From positions 22,790 to 74,786 of the forward strand of contig AQRS01000042.1 in assembly GCA_000402355.1 (NCBI GenBank): a stretch of 51,997 nucleotides of DNA, written 5' to 3'. This document shows, one piece after another, positions 51,835-51,997 of the stretch (the stretch's first letter is position 1; the number at the start of each line of letters is the position of its first letter). The position numbers were made by a program, and so were the translations under genes. This DNA comes from Candidatus Iainarchaeum andersonii SCGC AAA011-E11. Its GTDB lineage: Archaea; Iainarchaeota; Iainarchaeia; Iainarchaeales; Iainarchaeaceae. Below the pieces are notes generated by a model. That model made no database searches and was not told where the DNA came from. It saw nothing but the letters and a program-made list of their open reading frames with translations.

Positions 51835-51997
51835 CACAAACACATTCTTCGTCAATCAACGAATAATGGGTGTTACTTTTTTTAAGCGTTTGCGAGCGTG
51901 AAATCCCATTGCTTTAGCTGTGGGATGAGAGCGAGCATCTATTTTTTTCCTGAAAAATCGTTATATGCCTCGAGGCGCGGGCGCTCCGCGCCAGGAG

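Noticed and set aside
51856-51997. A possible RNA gene or promoter at the right edge: TTATATG at 51961-51967 followed by GC-rich CCTCGAGGCGCGGGCGCTCCGCGCCAGGAG. There is also a small inverted repeat, ATCCCA…TGGGAT, at about 51904-51928.
   Set aside because: Only about 30 nt of the putative transcript are inside the window. The CGCCAGG resemblance to SRP-RNA motifs is too short to call. The contig needs to be extended.
1-51997. A search for a diversity-generating retroelement, transposase or IS, integrase, tRNA or rRNA genes, or phage modules that could explain the island
   Set aside because: I saw no reverse-transcriptase (YxDD), DDE or tyrosine-recombinase motifs in any frame. No template/variable repeat pair is evident. 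No tRNA-like cloverleaf sequence occurs in the intergenic regions.

Overview
All calls below are made by eye from motifs and hand translation; no database search was possible.

The 52-kb window reads as an accessory region of an uncultivated archaeon that is dedicated to the cell envelope. The archaeal call rests on several signals:
- Epd-type class-III pilin signals with Q at +1
- FlaI/FlaJ-type machinery
- an archaeosortase-family protein
- a PAC2 homolog
- a fragment of the RFC large subunit
- TATA boxes about 25-30 nt upstream of near-leaderless ATGs

A DPANN-like, host-attached lifestyle is inference only.

About 31 kb (60%) encodes five very large extracytoplasmic proteins.
- Four sit in tandem on the minus strand: a partial gene at 1-792, then 2476, 2493 and 2844 aa. 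The three complete ones are colinear paralogs. They share a private ~45-aa N-terminal head, a signal-anchor TM and carboxypeptidase-regulatory-like beta-sandwich repeats.
- The fifth is a 1524-aa plus-strand orphan. It has a signal peptide and a C-terminal sorting signal of motif, TM and RRKK.

The genes interleaved with these are:
- a small archaeosortase-family protein, coupled by an ATGA overlap to a polytopic membrane protein
- a 366-aa pilin-like protein
- type-IV-filament locus A at 29216-38863: a 758-aa ATPase, a 787-aa FlaJ/TadC-like platform and seven pilin-like or TM genes. A low-GC islet splits it, carrying an RFC fragment, a nucleotidyltransferase and a wHTH remnant.
- type-IV-filament locus B at 48715-51855: an ATPase and two TadB/C-like genes
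- a GGDEF-family (GSDEF) cyclase
- a zinc-ribbon protein
- a Cys-repeat protein
- a PAC2 homolog

Two families of shared cis-elements stand out.
- A hairpin-plus-box module lies 73-78 nt upstream of two giant genes. Its stem carries compensatory changes between the two copies.
- Arrays of a TGTCYTTTGATA palindromic half-site, 12 copies in all, lie upstream of the GGDEF gene and of a 249-aa orphan.

I found no rRNA, tRNA, CRISPR, transposase, integrase or reverse transcriptase.

The main hypothesis is that the island encodes a multi-component surface attachment or cell-contact apparatus that I do not recognise as a described system.
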